Shown here: in pieces, positions 27,837 through 37,461 of the stretch | Numbering within the stretch: the stretch's first letter is position 1 | How the letters are laid out: each line of letters starts with the position of its first letter | DNA from: Deltaproteobacteria bacterium | GTDB lineage: Bacteria > Myxococcota > JACPTQ01 | Direction: 5' to 3' | Assembly: GCA_016192705.1 (NCBI GenBank) | Contig: JACPTQ010000004.1 | Coordinates: forward strand, 9,398 to 73,397 | DNA: 64,000 nt | Made by a program: the position numbers and the translations under genes | The notes under the pieces: model-generated | Database searches by the model: none | The model's input: only the letters and a program-made list of their open reading frames with translations | Told to the model about the DNA's origin: nothing

Positions 27837-28475
27837 ATGTTCCATTCACTTCTTCTGATCGTGGGTTTGTCGGTTCCTCGCTCGGGCTCCGCAGAGTGCC
27901 CGAGAAACTTGGCGGCGCCATCGCGGCTTTCGAAAGTACCGTGTCACGCGTGTGGCAACTATCGAAATTTTCGAATGCCGATCGCGCATGAGAGCGTGAA
28001 GTTCTGGTACTGGGCCGACTTCACGAAGACACATCGCGCGAAAGACATCGGTGCGCCTATCGGAACGCCGGTCGTTTACGATCCCGAGATTTTTTGTTAC
28101 GCGATCGCGAAGACCGAAGTCGTTTATGCGGCTGACGTCGCCGCGAAAAAACCGCTTCCTGTCGATCCCGCGGTCGTGCTCAAGCACACGACGAAATCGC
28201 GCGCCATATTTTTCTCGTTTTACGCGCACCTCTCGAAAGTCCTCGTGAAGATCGGCGATATTCTGGTCGCGGGCGCCGCAATCGGCGAAGTCGGCGACAT
28301 CGGCGCTATCCGGTTCTTTAAGACGATTCGCGGCGTCGTGAAGGCCGGCGAGAAGATTCCGCACCTTCACTTTGGCATCACCACCAAGGGCGACAAGGGC
28401 GAAGTTTTCGTCGATGATGGTCGCCACTTCATCGATCCACGGCGCGTGCTTCGGCGGCGCTCGGTCGCGCGTTGA
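27837..28475 (+). CDS. M23/LytM-family metallopeptidase
   Basis: HRAKDIGAPIGTPVVY (HxxxD) and PHLHFGI (HxH) motifs. N-terminal signal-like segment. Confidence 0.7.
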   Translation: MFHSLLLIVGLSVPRSGSAECPRNLAAPSRLSKVPCHACGNYRNFRMPIAHESVKFWYWADFTKTHRAKDIGAPIGTPVVYDPEIFCYAIAKTEVVYAADVAAKKPLPVDPAVVLKHTTKSRAIFFSFYAHLSKVLVKIGDILVAGAAIGEVGDIGAIRFFKTIRGVVKAGEKIPHLHFGITTKGDKGEVFVDDGRHFIDPRRVLRRRSVAR

Positions 28476-28548
28476 ATAAAAACGACAACGTCGCCGTCTA
28501 TGTTTGTGGACCCTAAACATCGATGTCGTTTTCGACGGAGGTAACCGA

Positions 28549-29208
28549 ATGAATGGAACTGTGCGTGTTGGTGGAATACTCGGGTGCGCCGGTCTCTTTT
28601 TGACGATCGGCCTTACATCGGCCGCCAGCGCCGCGCCCCAAAAGCCCCCATCCAAAGACGAAGGCTCAGGTCTTCCGGCGGCCCTCGTTAAGAAGCTTGG
28701 CCTTCCAGACGGCTGCAAAGTTGCGTTGCCCGACCCCAAAGGCCGCTCCGCGCGAGTTGCGCGCGTGGCATCGCGGATGAGCGCGTGGGTCGCCTCCCAA
28801 GCGCCCGAAATCAAAGATCCGCCGAAAGTTTTTCTTCACCGCGAGGGCGATAAGCGAGTCCTCCTTCGCGGGCCAGCGATCGATCCCGTCAATATGGGTG
28901 TGACGCCCAAGTTGGCCATCTATCAGCGCGAGGACAATCTCATCCCAATCGGCATCGTGGATCACTCGCAGGAAGTGCACTGGATCAGCATCTCCAACAT
29001 CGGCGAGCTCAGGGATCGAATCAGCGAGTACAAGGATGGCTTGCTGGACGGCGGGATGCTTCAAAAAATGTCGTTTGGCGTCAGACACGGCCGAATCTAT
29101 CCGGCGACAATCGGGCATGGTCCAAAACTCAAGGAGGGGACGTACACCGTCACGGTGCTCGTGATAAAACTTGGCGGTCAGGTGCGCGTTTTTGGTATTT
29201 GCATGTAG
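28549..29208 (+). CDS. Secreted hypothetical protein
   Basis: GGAGG RBS 7 nt before ATG at 28549. Signal peptide MNGTVRVGGILGCAGLFLTIGLTSAASA. Confidence 0.55.
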   Translation: MNGTVRVGGILGCAGLFLTIGLTSAASAAPQKPPSKDEGSGLPAALVKKLGLPDGCKVALPDPKGRSARVARVASRMSAWVASQAPEIKDPPKVFLHREGDKRVLLRGPAIDPVNMGVTPKLAIYQREDNLIPIGIVDHSQEVHWISISNIGELRDRISEYKDGLLDGGMLQKMSFGVRHGRIYPATIGHGPKLKEGTYTVTVLVIKLGGQVRVFGICM

Positions 29209-29242
29209 TGGGCGGCACTTCCGTTAGCCAAGGAGTCCTTTG

Positions 29243-32200
29243 ATGGGTACGGCGCGCCGCGCTGGCAGGTTGTTGAAAAACGCCCGTCTGCGCTCTGCCG
29301 CGCCTCGGTGGGCCAGCGTCGCGTTTGCCACCGTGGCCGTTTTTGCCGCGCCCGCTCGTGCGGATTTCAAGGACGACCTCCTCAAGTCGTTCGTAAAGCG
29401 AATCACGCAGGAATCGCTGAGCCGAATTCTCGGAGATCAAGTTTGCGCGACCGAGAGCGCGGCAAAAGGTAAGTCGGACGAATACTGCGTACGAATCAAA
29501 GATGGGCTGGAGAAATCGATCGCTGGGATCATGAACCGCGACTTCTACTCGGTGTCGGCCGGGGTCAAGGAGATTGCGGTCACGTACCTTGAGAAGAAAT
29601 ATATGGACTGGCTCGGTGAGACGACGTTCGCCAAGGAGCTGGAAGATTTTCCGTACCTCGGCATGAAGGGCGCCAACTCGGAGGTCGGCATCGAGAGCGT
29701 CGTGCCGCGCGCGGAGGTCATCGGTGGCCTTGTCGGGGTTCTAGAGGCGCTTCCCGTGTGCGTGCGCTGGATCGCCGAGGCGGGGAAGGGCGACGCTTCC
29801 GCGTGTCGGGCGCTTGTGCGGCCCGAGATGCTCGCGAAGATCGGATGGCCCGACCGTGCGAGCCCGGACGACCAAGAGAGACTTTCCGACTACGTGAGCG
29901 CGCTGCTTGCGGGGGCGCAGCCCGAGCTTCACGTGACGGGGCGGCTCATCGGACTTTTCAAAACGACGTCGCTCCCGAGGCGTATCCCGGATCTCTTGCC
30001 GCATCTCAGGACCGTCGTCGAGAAACAGACCGCGCGGCTTGTTGCGGACTATCCGCTCCTCGGGAAGCCGTTCCGCGAGGGTTTCCCGACGATGCTTCGA
30101 ATCGCGATTGGCGGCGCGCCGTGTAAGGTCGACGAGCAGACGGGGTATTTGTCGACGTTTGCGGCGTGGGTCAAGAAGGGGTGCCCGGCCAACGAGGCGT
30201 CGTACCTCAAGATCGTGGCACAGATGATGTTCTACGCGTTCCCGGGGCCGGCTGAGAAGGACGACAAAGAGACCGAGGCGGCAGACCAGTTCGTGACGCC
30301 GCTCCTTAAGGTGGCAAAGCAGTTGAACCTGATTCGTAATTTGGCCCACGCGTTGGTTCGCGATCGGTTGCGGCCCGCCGAGCGCCAAGACGCGGCCCTC
30401 GCGGTTGAGCTGATGCGGCGCATCAGGATTCTGGCGGCGCGCGCGAGACAGAAGTTGCCGTCCGCAGCCGAATCGGAAGCCCTGACGGGCGCAGACGAGC
30501 TCAAGCGGTTGCGCGAGGAAGGCGCGGCGATGTTGCAGTCGTACGCGGAGTTTGCGGGCGCGATCACCAACCGCAAGGATCTCCCGGGTGTCGTCGATGC
30601 GCTCAAGGCGCGCGAGAGGAAATACGACGACGCGCTCGAGAAGTCGCAGACGAAGCTCGCGCATCTTCTTTGGATGAAGAACACGCTGCGGTGCCGCCAC
30701 AATTTTGAGGAGACGATCCTCGACTCGTCGAGCCCGGAGAGAATCGTCGGGTGGCTGCGGCAGCTTCCGTGGGAGGTGGCTCAGACGCTGGTGTTGGCGA
30801 CGACCCGCGGGGGCGATCTTCAGCAGAGCGCGCGGTTCGGGCATTTGGTGATGTTCCATTCGCTGGGGCCGACCCTGGAGGTGCGGGCCTTCGAGGAGAT
30901 CATCAATCTTTGCCCGCGCGGTGCGGCGGCGCCGTGCAAGAAGATCCAGAAGCTTCTGCTTCGGTCGGCGGTTTTGCGCTCGGTGGTGTGGACGTTGCGC
31001 GCGCTCATCGAGGGGAATCTGAACCGTGTTCAAAGCGAGTCCCAGAAAACGCTGATGCTGATCTCGGCGTATTTCTACCAGGAGATTTCGACGTCGCTCG
31101 AAGAGCCGATCCTGGCGGCGCTGGACCTGACTGCGGCGGCCGAGAAAGCGTTCGGTCGGACAGGGTGCGATGCGGATAAGGCCGGTGCGGTGCGGGTTCT
31201 CGATGATCTCGGGCGGTGTGTGCGCGATGAATATCTCAAGGCGCTGTTGGTGTTCGGCTTCGATCCGGCATCGTGGTCGGGGCGATCGAAGGCGGTCGTC
31301 GAGAAGATGCGGCAAGGGTGCGCGGCTGAATTGGAATACGTGACGTCGTTCGCGCACGGCGTGGCGATCGCGGGGGCCGAGCGTGTGGAGAAGGCGGCGC
31401 GTGACGATTTGCGGGGTTTCGCGAACCCGGTGATACGGCGTGTAGAGGATCTGGCAACAAAGATTCAGGATGTGGCGTCGCGCTGCGGTGCGAGCGTCAA
31501 CGTCAGCGGTTTGGGAAGGAGCGTCGCGCAGCTGTCGGAGAGTCTCGCGTCTGGATTGCAGACGGGGGCGAGGTTTGCGAGATGGAGGGACGAAGTTGCG
31601 CGGCGACGCCTCGACGAGCTTTCGGGATCGATGTGTCTGGTCGACCGCGTGGCGAGTGCGGCGTTCGGTCAAGGCGTGAGGGCGGCGCGGGGCATCGTCG
31701 CCAAGTTTCGCGCGGAGATCGACGCGGGTGCCTTGGGCGGCTCGCCCAAGAAGAGAGCGGCGTGCAAGGAGGCGACGCAAATTGTCTCGCGGCTCGAGAT
31801 GGAGTTGGCGAGGCTTGCGGTGCAACGCCCACGGACAGGCGGCACGGAAGACTCAGCCGCTTCGCGGACGATCGCGTCCATGGATCGCTATCAGCGACGC
31901 CTCTTTCGTGCGGTGAGCGATTCTGGAAACGTCGAGACCCGGTTCCCGCTGCTCCTCGAGTATTTGGCGAACACGATGCAAGACCTCCCGACGTTTTCAA
32001 CGCTCGGGGATTTCGGCGAGCCGGTGAAGAAATACTTGGTGAGGCTCATTCGCGTGATCGACCCGCGGTCGCGCGCGGCGGTCGACCGCAAGTTCGTCGC
32101 ACCGTTTGGACGGGACGTGCTCGACCTGTTGCTGAAAAAACTTTTCGTGTCCAATCGGAAGCCCGTTCCGCCGCTTCTCAAGGCGGTTGCGGATGTCGCG

Positions 32201-32872
32201 TCAAATCAACTGGCGAATCTCATGTTCGACGAGAACCGGGATGGGCTCCCCGAGAAGCTCGCCTCCGTCAAGCGTGGGCTCATCGATGTGTTCGAGCGAA
32301 AGAGCGAATTTCGGACAACGCCGGGGCTGCAATTTCGGCTGGCCCTCGGATCGCCGTTTCAGATCGGCTGTCCACCCGGGCTGCCATGCGACCCAGCCCT
32401 GAAGACGATTTATCGCGAGGAGCTGAGCGTCGACGCAACGCTCGCGTGCGTGGACGGCGGACTCTTTTGCGCCGGCCTCTCGATCCGGCTGCCGTCGATG
32501 ATTGAGAACGTGACGCGCGTCATCGAAGGCGGCGACAAAGGGCCGAAGCTCGAACTCGAACTGTTCCAGCGGAACACGATTCAGGGGAACACGCTGTCCT
32601 TGGCATTCGGACCGGTTGTCCGCTTTCTTCACCTCAAAGAAAAATTCCCGGACGTGAGCGACGGGGCCGTTAGTCGAAACTGGCTGGCGGTCGGCGCGGG
32701 GGTTGATGTGACGTTTCGTTTTTTCGGCAACATCTTGGCTGGCCTTCGCGCGCGCATCATGTACGACCACCGCACGTTCATCCACACCGACCCCGAGTGG
32801 GACCGCGTCTTGGAGGTCGCGCTCACGTTGGCGTACGGCTTCAACGCGGTGAGCTGGGGCAAGTCGCCGTGA
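29243..32872 (+). CDS. Large (~1210 aa) secreted protein, mostly alpha-helical, C-terminal beta-rich segment, hypothetical
   Basis: AAGGAG RBS 7 nt before ATG at 29243. Signal peptide ending AAPARA. No recognisable catalytic motif. The overlapping 694-aa minus-strand ORF is R-rich antisense. Confidence 0.8.
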   Translation: MGTARRAGRLLKNARLRSAAPRWASVAFATVAVFAAPARADFKDDLLKSFVKRITQESLSRILGDQVCATESAAKGKSDEYCVRIKDGLEKSIAGIMNRDFYSVSAGVKEIAVTYLEKKYMDWLGETTFAKELEDFPYLGMKGANSEVGIESVVPRAEVIGGLVGVLEALPVCVRWIAEAGKGDASACRALVRPEMLAKIGWPDRASPDDQERLSDYVSALLAGAQPELHVTGRLIGLFKTTSLPRRIPDLLPHLRTVVEKQTARLVADYPLLGKPFREGFPTMLRIAIGGAPCKVDEQTGYLSTFAAWVKKGCPANEASYLKIVAQMMFYAFPGPAEKDDKETEAADQFVTPLLKVAKQLNLIRNLAHALVRDRLRPAERQDAALAVELMRRIRILAARARQKLPSAAESEALTGADELKRLREEGAAMLQSYAEFAGAITNRKDLPGVVDALKARERKYDDALEKSQTKLAHLLWMKNTLRCRHNFEETILDSSSPERIVGWLRQLPWEVAQTLVLATTRGGDLQQSARFGHLVMFHSLGPTLEVRAFEEIINLCPRGAAAPCKKIQKLLLRSAVLRSVVWTLRALIEGNLNRVQSESQKTLMLISAYFYQEISTSLEEPILAALDLTAAAEKAFGRTGCDADKAGAVRVLDDLGRCVRDEYLKALLVFGFDPASWSGRSKAVVEKMRQGCAAELEYVTSFAHGVAIAGAERVEKAARDDLRGFANPVIRRVEDLATKIQDVASRCGASVNVSGLGRSVAQLSESLASGLQTGARFARWRDEVARRRLDELSGSMCLVDRVASAAFGQGVRAARGIVAKFRAEIDAGALGGSPKKRAACKEATQIVSRLEMELARLAVQRPRTGGTEDSAASRTIASMDRYQRRLFRAVSDSGNVETRFPLLLEYLANTMQDLPTFSTLGDFGEPVKKYLVRLIRVIDPRSRAAVDRKFVAPFGRDVLDLLLKKLFVSNRKPVPPLLKAVADVASNQLANLMFDENRDGLPEKLASVKRGLIDVFERKSEFRTTPGLQFRLALGSPFQIGCPPGLPCDPALKTIYREELSVDATLACVDGGLFCAGLSIRLPSMIENVTRVIEGGDKGPKLELELFQRNTIQGNTLSLAFGPVVRFLHLKEKFPDVSDGAVSRNWLAVGAGVDVTFRFFGNILAGLRARIMYDHRTFIHTDPEWDRVLEVALTLAYGFNAVSWGKSP

Positions 32873-32908
32873 GGTCAAGCGCACGTTCGACACCCATGAA
32901 AACTCGGT

Positions 32909-33379
32909 TTAGGAGACTTGGTCCTTAAGTCGCGCGAGGCAACGCTCCATCGCCTTTTGAAAAAAGAGGCGCATGAGGAGCCACCCGAAAGGTCGCGCGA
33001 TGGGCGACGTCAGCTCGAATCGAAAACTCCAATCGACGCGCGTCCCGGTGGAGGTTTGCGAAAACACCCAGTTTCCTTCAGCGCTCCGCACGATAAAGGA
33101 AAACGGCTTCTTGAAACCGCCGGGTAACCGATACGCTTGCCGCGTTGGGCGCACGAGCGCGGTGATCGCTTCGTCGATCACGCTGCCATCGGAATTCTCT
33201 ATCGTACGCGTCGCTCCCTCGCGCAGAATACCATCGCCGCGCACCGTCGCTGACACGACCGCCGGGATCGGGCCGTACCCGACGAAGATGCGCGGGATGT
33301 TTTCGCTCGTGACCGCGTAATCAAAAACGGTCTCAATCGGTTTGCCAATTTCAATCGAGGCGGCTGCAGTGACGTCCAT
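32909..33379 (-). CDS. SRPBCC (START/Bet v1/polyketide cyclase-like) family protein
   Basis: Start at the internal Met MDVTAAASIEIGKPIETVFDYAVTSENIPRIF, 2 nt from the upstream gene stop. Fold-typical pattern. The track N-terminus is R-rich. Confidence 0.7.
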   Translation of the reverse strand: MDVTAAASIEIGKPIETVFDYAVTSENIPRIFVGYGPIPAVVSATVRGDGILREGATRTIENSDGSVIDEAITALVRPTRQAYRLPGGFKKPFSFIVRSAEGNWVFSQTSTGTRVDWSFRFELTSPIARPFGWLLMRLFFQKAMERCLARLKDQVS

Positions 33380-33381
33380 GG

Positions 33382-34113
33382 TCAAACTCCAATGAAAAGT
33401 CGTTTTGCGAAAATCGGCGATAGCCCAGCCGCGAGAATCTTCGCGGCGGCGGCGTCGATGTCGTACGGGACGCGCACGAGCTGATAAAACCCCGCGTCCA
33501 CATCGTAAAGGCCGCATGCGGCGCGCGGATCGTAATCGCGTGGCTGCCCAACGCTTCCCACCGAAACGATGTACTTTTTGCCCGCTTCGATTTTCAGTTC
33601 GACGGGTGTCAGGTCACCAACGCCCGCAAGCGTGAGTTCAAACGCGCGGCAGAGGTGCGAATGCCCAATGAACGTGAGCGGCGGTAGGCGTTCGTAAACG
33701 GGGAGAAGATCTTCGGCGTGCTCCTCCATGAAGATGTACTCAAACGCCGACGGCTCGAGCGGCGAGCCGTGACAAAACCCGACCCCGCGATGCGTGTGCG
33801 TGTATTCGAGTCCGCGTAGCCACGCCATGTTTTCTTCGGACAAAATCTTCTTATGGTAGTCGAGCACTTCGCGCGCGTCGTCGCGGTAGTACGTGTAATC
33901 CATGCGCCCCGCGACGGCGGCGTCGTGGTTGCCGAGGATCGTGAAGACGACTGTTTTGCGAATCAGGTCGGCGCACTCGTTCGGATTCGCGCCGTATCCC
34001 ACGGTGTCGCCCAAACAGACATACTCCTCCGCCCCGGCCTCCTTGAGCGTCGCGAGGCACGCCGTCAGCGCTTCGAGGTTGCCGTGCGTGTCGCTGATGA
34101 TCCCGATCTTCAC
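33382..34113 (-). CDS. Calcineurin-like metallophosphoesterase (YfcE-type)
   Basis: MKIGIISDTHGNLEAL...CLGDTVGYGANPNE...GNHD...GHSH motifs. Starts 5 nt after nuoI. Confidence 0.85.
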   Translation of the reverse strand: MKIGIISDTHGNLEALTACLATLKEAGAEEYVCLGDTVGYGANPNECADLIRKTVVFTILGNHDAAVAGRMDYTYYRDDAREVLDYHKKILSEENMAWLRGLEYTHTHRGVGFCHGSPLEPSAFEYIFMEEHAEDLLPVYERLPPLTFIGHSHLCRAFELTLAGVGDLTPVELKIEAGKKYIVSVGSVGQPRDYDPRAACGLYDVDAGFYQLVRVPYDIDAAAAKILAAGLSPIFAKRLFIGV

Positions 34114-34118
34114 GTGAG

Positions 34119-34652
34119 TTAGCCTTCACCGTTGTCCGGTCGCACGCCCCCTTGCACCGCGACCGACGGTCCGCCGAGCTTCATGAGATCGATTTTCGTT
34201 GTCAGGAAGCCGTTGCGATCGATCTGCGGCTTGGGGTGTTCGCCCGTGTCCATGCGAATCGCGTCGCACGGGCACGCGTCGACGCAGAGGCCGCAGTAAA
34301 CGCACCGCAGCCAATCGATGCTGAACTCGATCGGGAACTTTTCGATTCGGTGGTCGTCGTGTTCGCCCGCTTCAATCTTGATGCAGTGCGCCGGACAAAC
34401 GGTCGCGCAGCACATGCACGCAACGCATCGCACTTGGCCGTCGTCGCGTTTCATGAGGCGGTGAAGGCCGCGAAACCGCTCGGGGTAAGGTTTTTTCTCC
34501 TCCGGATAGTTGAGCGTCACGGTGTTTTTTCGCGTGAGTGTGTTTTCGAGAAAATGCCTGAGCGTGATCGAGAGACCCTTCAGCGTCTCGGTCAGATAGG
34601 AACTCTCGAGCGCCGTCATTCGGTCGCCGTATTTCTCACGCACGCGAATCAA
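34119..34652 (-). CDS. nuoI: NADH-quinone oxidoreductase subunit I (2x[4Fe-4S])
   Basis: CVACMCCATVCP and CVYCGLCVDACP ferredoxin motifs. TTG at 34652 sits 7 nt from a GAGGAGG provided by the repeat element; an ATG (MTALES) lies 10 codons downstream. Confidence 0.9.
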   Translation of the reverse strand: MIRVREKYGDRMTALESSYLTETLKGLSITLRHFLENTLTRKNTVTLNYPEEKKPYPERFRGLHRLMKRDDGQVRCVACMCCATVCPAHCIKIEAGEHDDHRIEKFPIEFSIDWLRCVYCGLCVDACPCDAIRMDTGEHPKPQIDRNGFLTTKIDLMKLGGPSVAVQGGVRPDNGEG

Positions 34653-35815
34653 TGCACTGCCTCCTCTGACCTCTGTGTTCTCAGTGCCTCTGTGGTTACT
34701 CCTATCTTATTTTCTCCTTTCATTGCCGCAGCAACGGCCAGCGCCACGAGAACAACGACGGCGTTCCCGACGAGCAGCGCGACTCTCTGCAGAACGCCGC
34801 CAGCCGGGGTTGCGATGATGACCACCGCTGTCACTACGACATTCCCAATCGACGCCGGCAAAAGCATCTTCCAGCCGAGGTCCATCACTTGATCGTAGCG
34901 GAAGCGAGGCAGTGTCCATCGCACCGTCATCTGCAAAAATGCGATGGCGACGAGCACGGCCAAAAACTTCGCAACGCCCGCAAATTCATACCAGGTCTGC
35001 CCCTCAAACGGCACCCACGGAATCTGCCAGCCGCCAAAAAAGAGCACGGTCGCAAGCGCGCTCCACAAAAACATTTCGATGTATTCGCCCATATAAAACA
35101 TAACGAACTTCATCCCGCTGTACTCGAGAAAATAGCCGGCGACGATTTCTGATTCGCCCTCGGGCAGGTCGAACGGCGCACGTTTTGTCGCCGCCATCGC
35201 CGCAACGAAAAACAGCACGAACGCAACCGGCTGTTTGAAGATTCCCCAGTTCCAGATGGGGCCTGCCTGCGCGACGACGAGTTCCTGCGCGCCGACGGTG
35301 CTAAAGCAGATGAGCACGCCGACGACGGTCAAGCCGAGCGTGACTTCGTATGACAGCATCATCGCCGACGCGCGAAGCGCTCCGAGGAGCGAGTATTTGT
35401 TGTTTGACGCCCACCCCGCGATTGTCGCGCCGTAGACGCCGAGCGACGCGATCCCGAAGATGAAGAGGACGCCGATGTCGAGGTTCGCGATCTGAAGCCA
35501 CGGCCCGAACGGAATGACGGCGAACGTCACAACGGCCGACCAGAACGCGATCATCGGGGCCGCCGTGTGGAGGTAGCGATTTCGTGTCGCGGGGACGAAA
35601 TCCTCCTTTGTCATGAGTTTGATGACATCGGCGATCGGGTGGAAGAGTCCCCACGCGCGAAAGCCGCCGATCGATGCGCGGTTCGGGCCGACGCGGTCTT
35701 GAATCATGGCGCTCTGGCGTCGTTCCGCCCAGCCGGCGAGCGGCGACAGCGCGCCGAGCACAATCGCGAACACGAGAATGACTTTGAGTGTCGAGATGAG
35801 GAGGAGTTCCATCAA
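34649..35815 (-). CDS. nuoH: NADH-quinone oxidoreductase subunit H with ~45-aa C-terminal extension
   Basis: AERRQSAMIQDRVGPNRAS...GGF... and later family motifs. Extension ends ...GENKIGVTTEALRTQRSEEAVH, encoded by the repeat element. Confidence 0.95.
   Translation of the reverse strand: MMELLLISTLKVILVFAIVLGALSPLAGWAERRQSAMIQDRVGPNRASIGGFRAWGLFHPIADVIKLMTKEDFVPATRNRYLHTAAPMIAFWSAVVTFAVIPFGPWLQIANLDIGVLFIFGIASLGVYGATIAGWASNNKYSLLGALRASAMMLSYEVTLGLTVVGVLICFSTVGAQELVVAQAGPIWNWGIFKQPVAFVLFFVAAMAATKRAPFDLPEGESEIVAGYFLEYSGMKFVMFYMGEYIEMFLWSALATVLFFGGWQIPWVPFEGQTWYEFAGVAKFLAVLVAIAFLQMTVRWTLPRFRYDQVMDLGWKMLLPASIGNVVVTAVVIIATPAGGVLQRVALLVGNAVVVLVALAVAAAMKGENKIGVTTEALRTQRSEEAVH
34658..34725 (-). repeat. 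Copy A of a ~60-bp AT-richer repeat element, in frame at the nuoH 3' end / nuoI RBS
   Basis: cctcctctgacctctgtgttctcagtgcctctgtggttactcctatcttattttctcc; ~85% identical to the copy at 36563-36630. GC content clearly below the flanking DNA. Confidence 0.6.
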
Positions 35816-37461
35816 TGCGCTCCCGGTGCAGCGGTTGCGGGCGACGCGGCCGAAGCTTCCCGTGCCGGCCGAAAATCAAACCCCATCTTCGCCGCGAGTT
35901 TCTGGACGATCTGCGTCTCAGGGAGCGCTCGCCCCACGAGCGCGATGCCGCGTCGGAGCTTTTGGTGCATCCCCATCGCGTTGACGAACGTGCCTTCTTT
36001 CTCCGCAAACGTCGCCGATGGAAGCGCCACGGTCGCCGCGTCGACGAGCTCGGATCGATTCGACGCCATCACGATGACCGCGTCCAGCCGCGCCGCGGCC
36101 GACACGAGCCGCGCGCGCGCATCGGGCGACACAGGCAAATTGTTTCCCATGACGATGAGCGCTGACAGCTTTCCGCTTTCGACGTCCGCGACGACATCGT
36201 CCGCCGTGCGCGCCGCGAGTCCGCGTGCAACCGCGCCCATTTCAAGCGCCGCGAGAACGCCGGCACGATTCGGGTTCTTGTCGGCCAAACGCAAAAATGC
36301 GTCGCCTTCGCCGTCGAGCCGCCCGCCCATATAGAACGCGGTCACGCCCAGATGGTCGGCCGCGAATCGCACCACCGCGCGGTTGTCTTCAAGCGTCGCT
36401 TGTGGCGACAACACGACGCCGATCGCCGCGCCTCCTTTCGTCGCGACAACTTTCACCAACTGCTCCGCCGCCACCGCGAGCGCCCGCTCCCACGTCACCA
36501 CGACCGCTTTTCTAGTATGCGGCTCTCGGCTCCCGGCCTTCGCTTCTTCCTTCTTAACGTAGGCTTTCCTCTCCTCCGACCTCTGTGAACTCAGTGTCTC
36601 TGTGGTTACTCCTTTCTTTTCTTCCCTCACCACCGGATCGAGCAAGCGCCCCTCATTCACAAACTTGTAGCTCGCGCGCCCCTCATCGCACATCCAGCAC
36701 TGATTCACCGCCTCGTTGTCGCGCGGTTTCAGCCGAAACACTTTCCCCTCGTTGTGCTCAACCGTGACGTTGCATCCGCGCGCGCACCCGGGACAAACGC
36801 TCGCCGCCTTCTCCAAAAACCACACGCGACACTTGAACCGAAAATCTTTCCACGTGAGCGCCCCGACCGGACACAAGTCGACGACGTTTCCGCAGTACTC
36901 GCCGTGGAGCGGCGAATCCGGAAAGATCGACACCTCGACGCGATCCCCGCGGTTAAAAAAACCCATCTGCGCGTCGCCCGTGATTTCGTCGAAATAACGC
37001 ACGCAGCGCGAACACATCACGCACCGCTCCGAGTCGAGCACGACGCCACCGCCGATGTCTTGCACCTTCGGCTTATGAACCTTGCCGACCGTCGAGCGCG
37101 AGCCGGTCAAGTCGTACACCATGTAATAGTCCTGCAGCGCGCACTCGCCCGCCTGGTCGCATATCGGACAATCGACCGGGTGATTGAGCAGCAAAAACTC
37201 CATGACGCCCGCCTGTGCGGTCTTCACGCGCTCGCTGTCGGTCTTGACGACCATCCCCTCGGCGACGGGCGTCTGGCACGCCGGCACGAGTTTGGGCATT
37301 TTCTCGACTTCGACCAAGCACATCCGGCACTGCGCCGCGATCGACAACTTCGGGTGGTAACAAAACACCGGAATCTCAACGCCCACCTGCTTCGCCGCTT
37401 CGACGAGATTCGTTCCCGCCGCCGCCTCGACATCCTTGCCGTTTATCGTCAGCTTCGCCAT
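35812..37461 (-). CDS. nuoG: NADH-quinone oxidoreductase subunit G (short form, 549 aa) with internal insertion
   Basis: 2Fe-2S CYHPKLSIAAQCRMC, 4Fe-4S HPVDCPICDQAGEC, CVMCSRCVRY. Insertion EEKKGVTTETLSSQRSEERKAYVKKEEAKAG encoded by the second repeat copy. TGATG overlap with nuoD. Confidence 0.9.
   Translation of the reverse strand: MAKLTINGKDVEAAAGTNLVEAAKQVGVEIPVFCYHPKLSIAAQCRMCLVEVEKMPKLVPACQTPVAEGMVVKTDSERVKTAQAGVMEFLLLNHPVDCPICDQAGECALQDYYMVYDLTGSRSTVGKVHKPKVQDIGGGVVLDSERCVMCSRCVRYFDEITGDAQMGFFNRGDRVEVSIFPDSPLHGEYCGNVVDLCPVGALTWKDFRFKCRVWFLEKAASVCPGCARGCNVTVEHNEGKVFRLKPRDNEAVNQCWMCDEGRASYKFVNEGRLLDPVVREEKKGVTTETLSSQRSEERKAYVKKEEAKAGSREPHTRKAVVVTWERALAVAAEQLVKVVATKGGAAIGVVLSPQATLEDNRAVVRFAADHLGVTAFYMGGRLDGEGDAFLRLADKNPNRAGVLAALEMGAVARGLAARTADDVVADVESGKLSALIVMGNNLPVSPDARARLVSAAARLDAVIVMASNRSELVDAATVALPSATFAEKEGTFVNAMGMHQKLRRGIALVGRALPETQIVQKLAAKMGFDFRPAREASAASPATAAPGAH
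36563..36630 (-). repeat. Copy B of the same repeat element, in frame inside nuoG
   Basis: cctcctccgacctctgtgaactcagtgtctctgtggttactcctttcttttcttcc. Same orientation as copy A; translated as KGVTTETLSSQRSEE. Confidence 0.6.

Noticed and set aside
29741-31825. 694-aa minus-strand ORF
   Set aside because: Antisense to the 1210-aa secreted protein gene; >25% Arg. Artefact.
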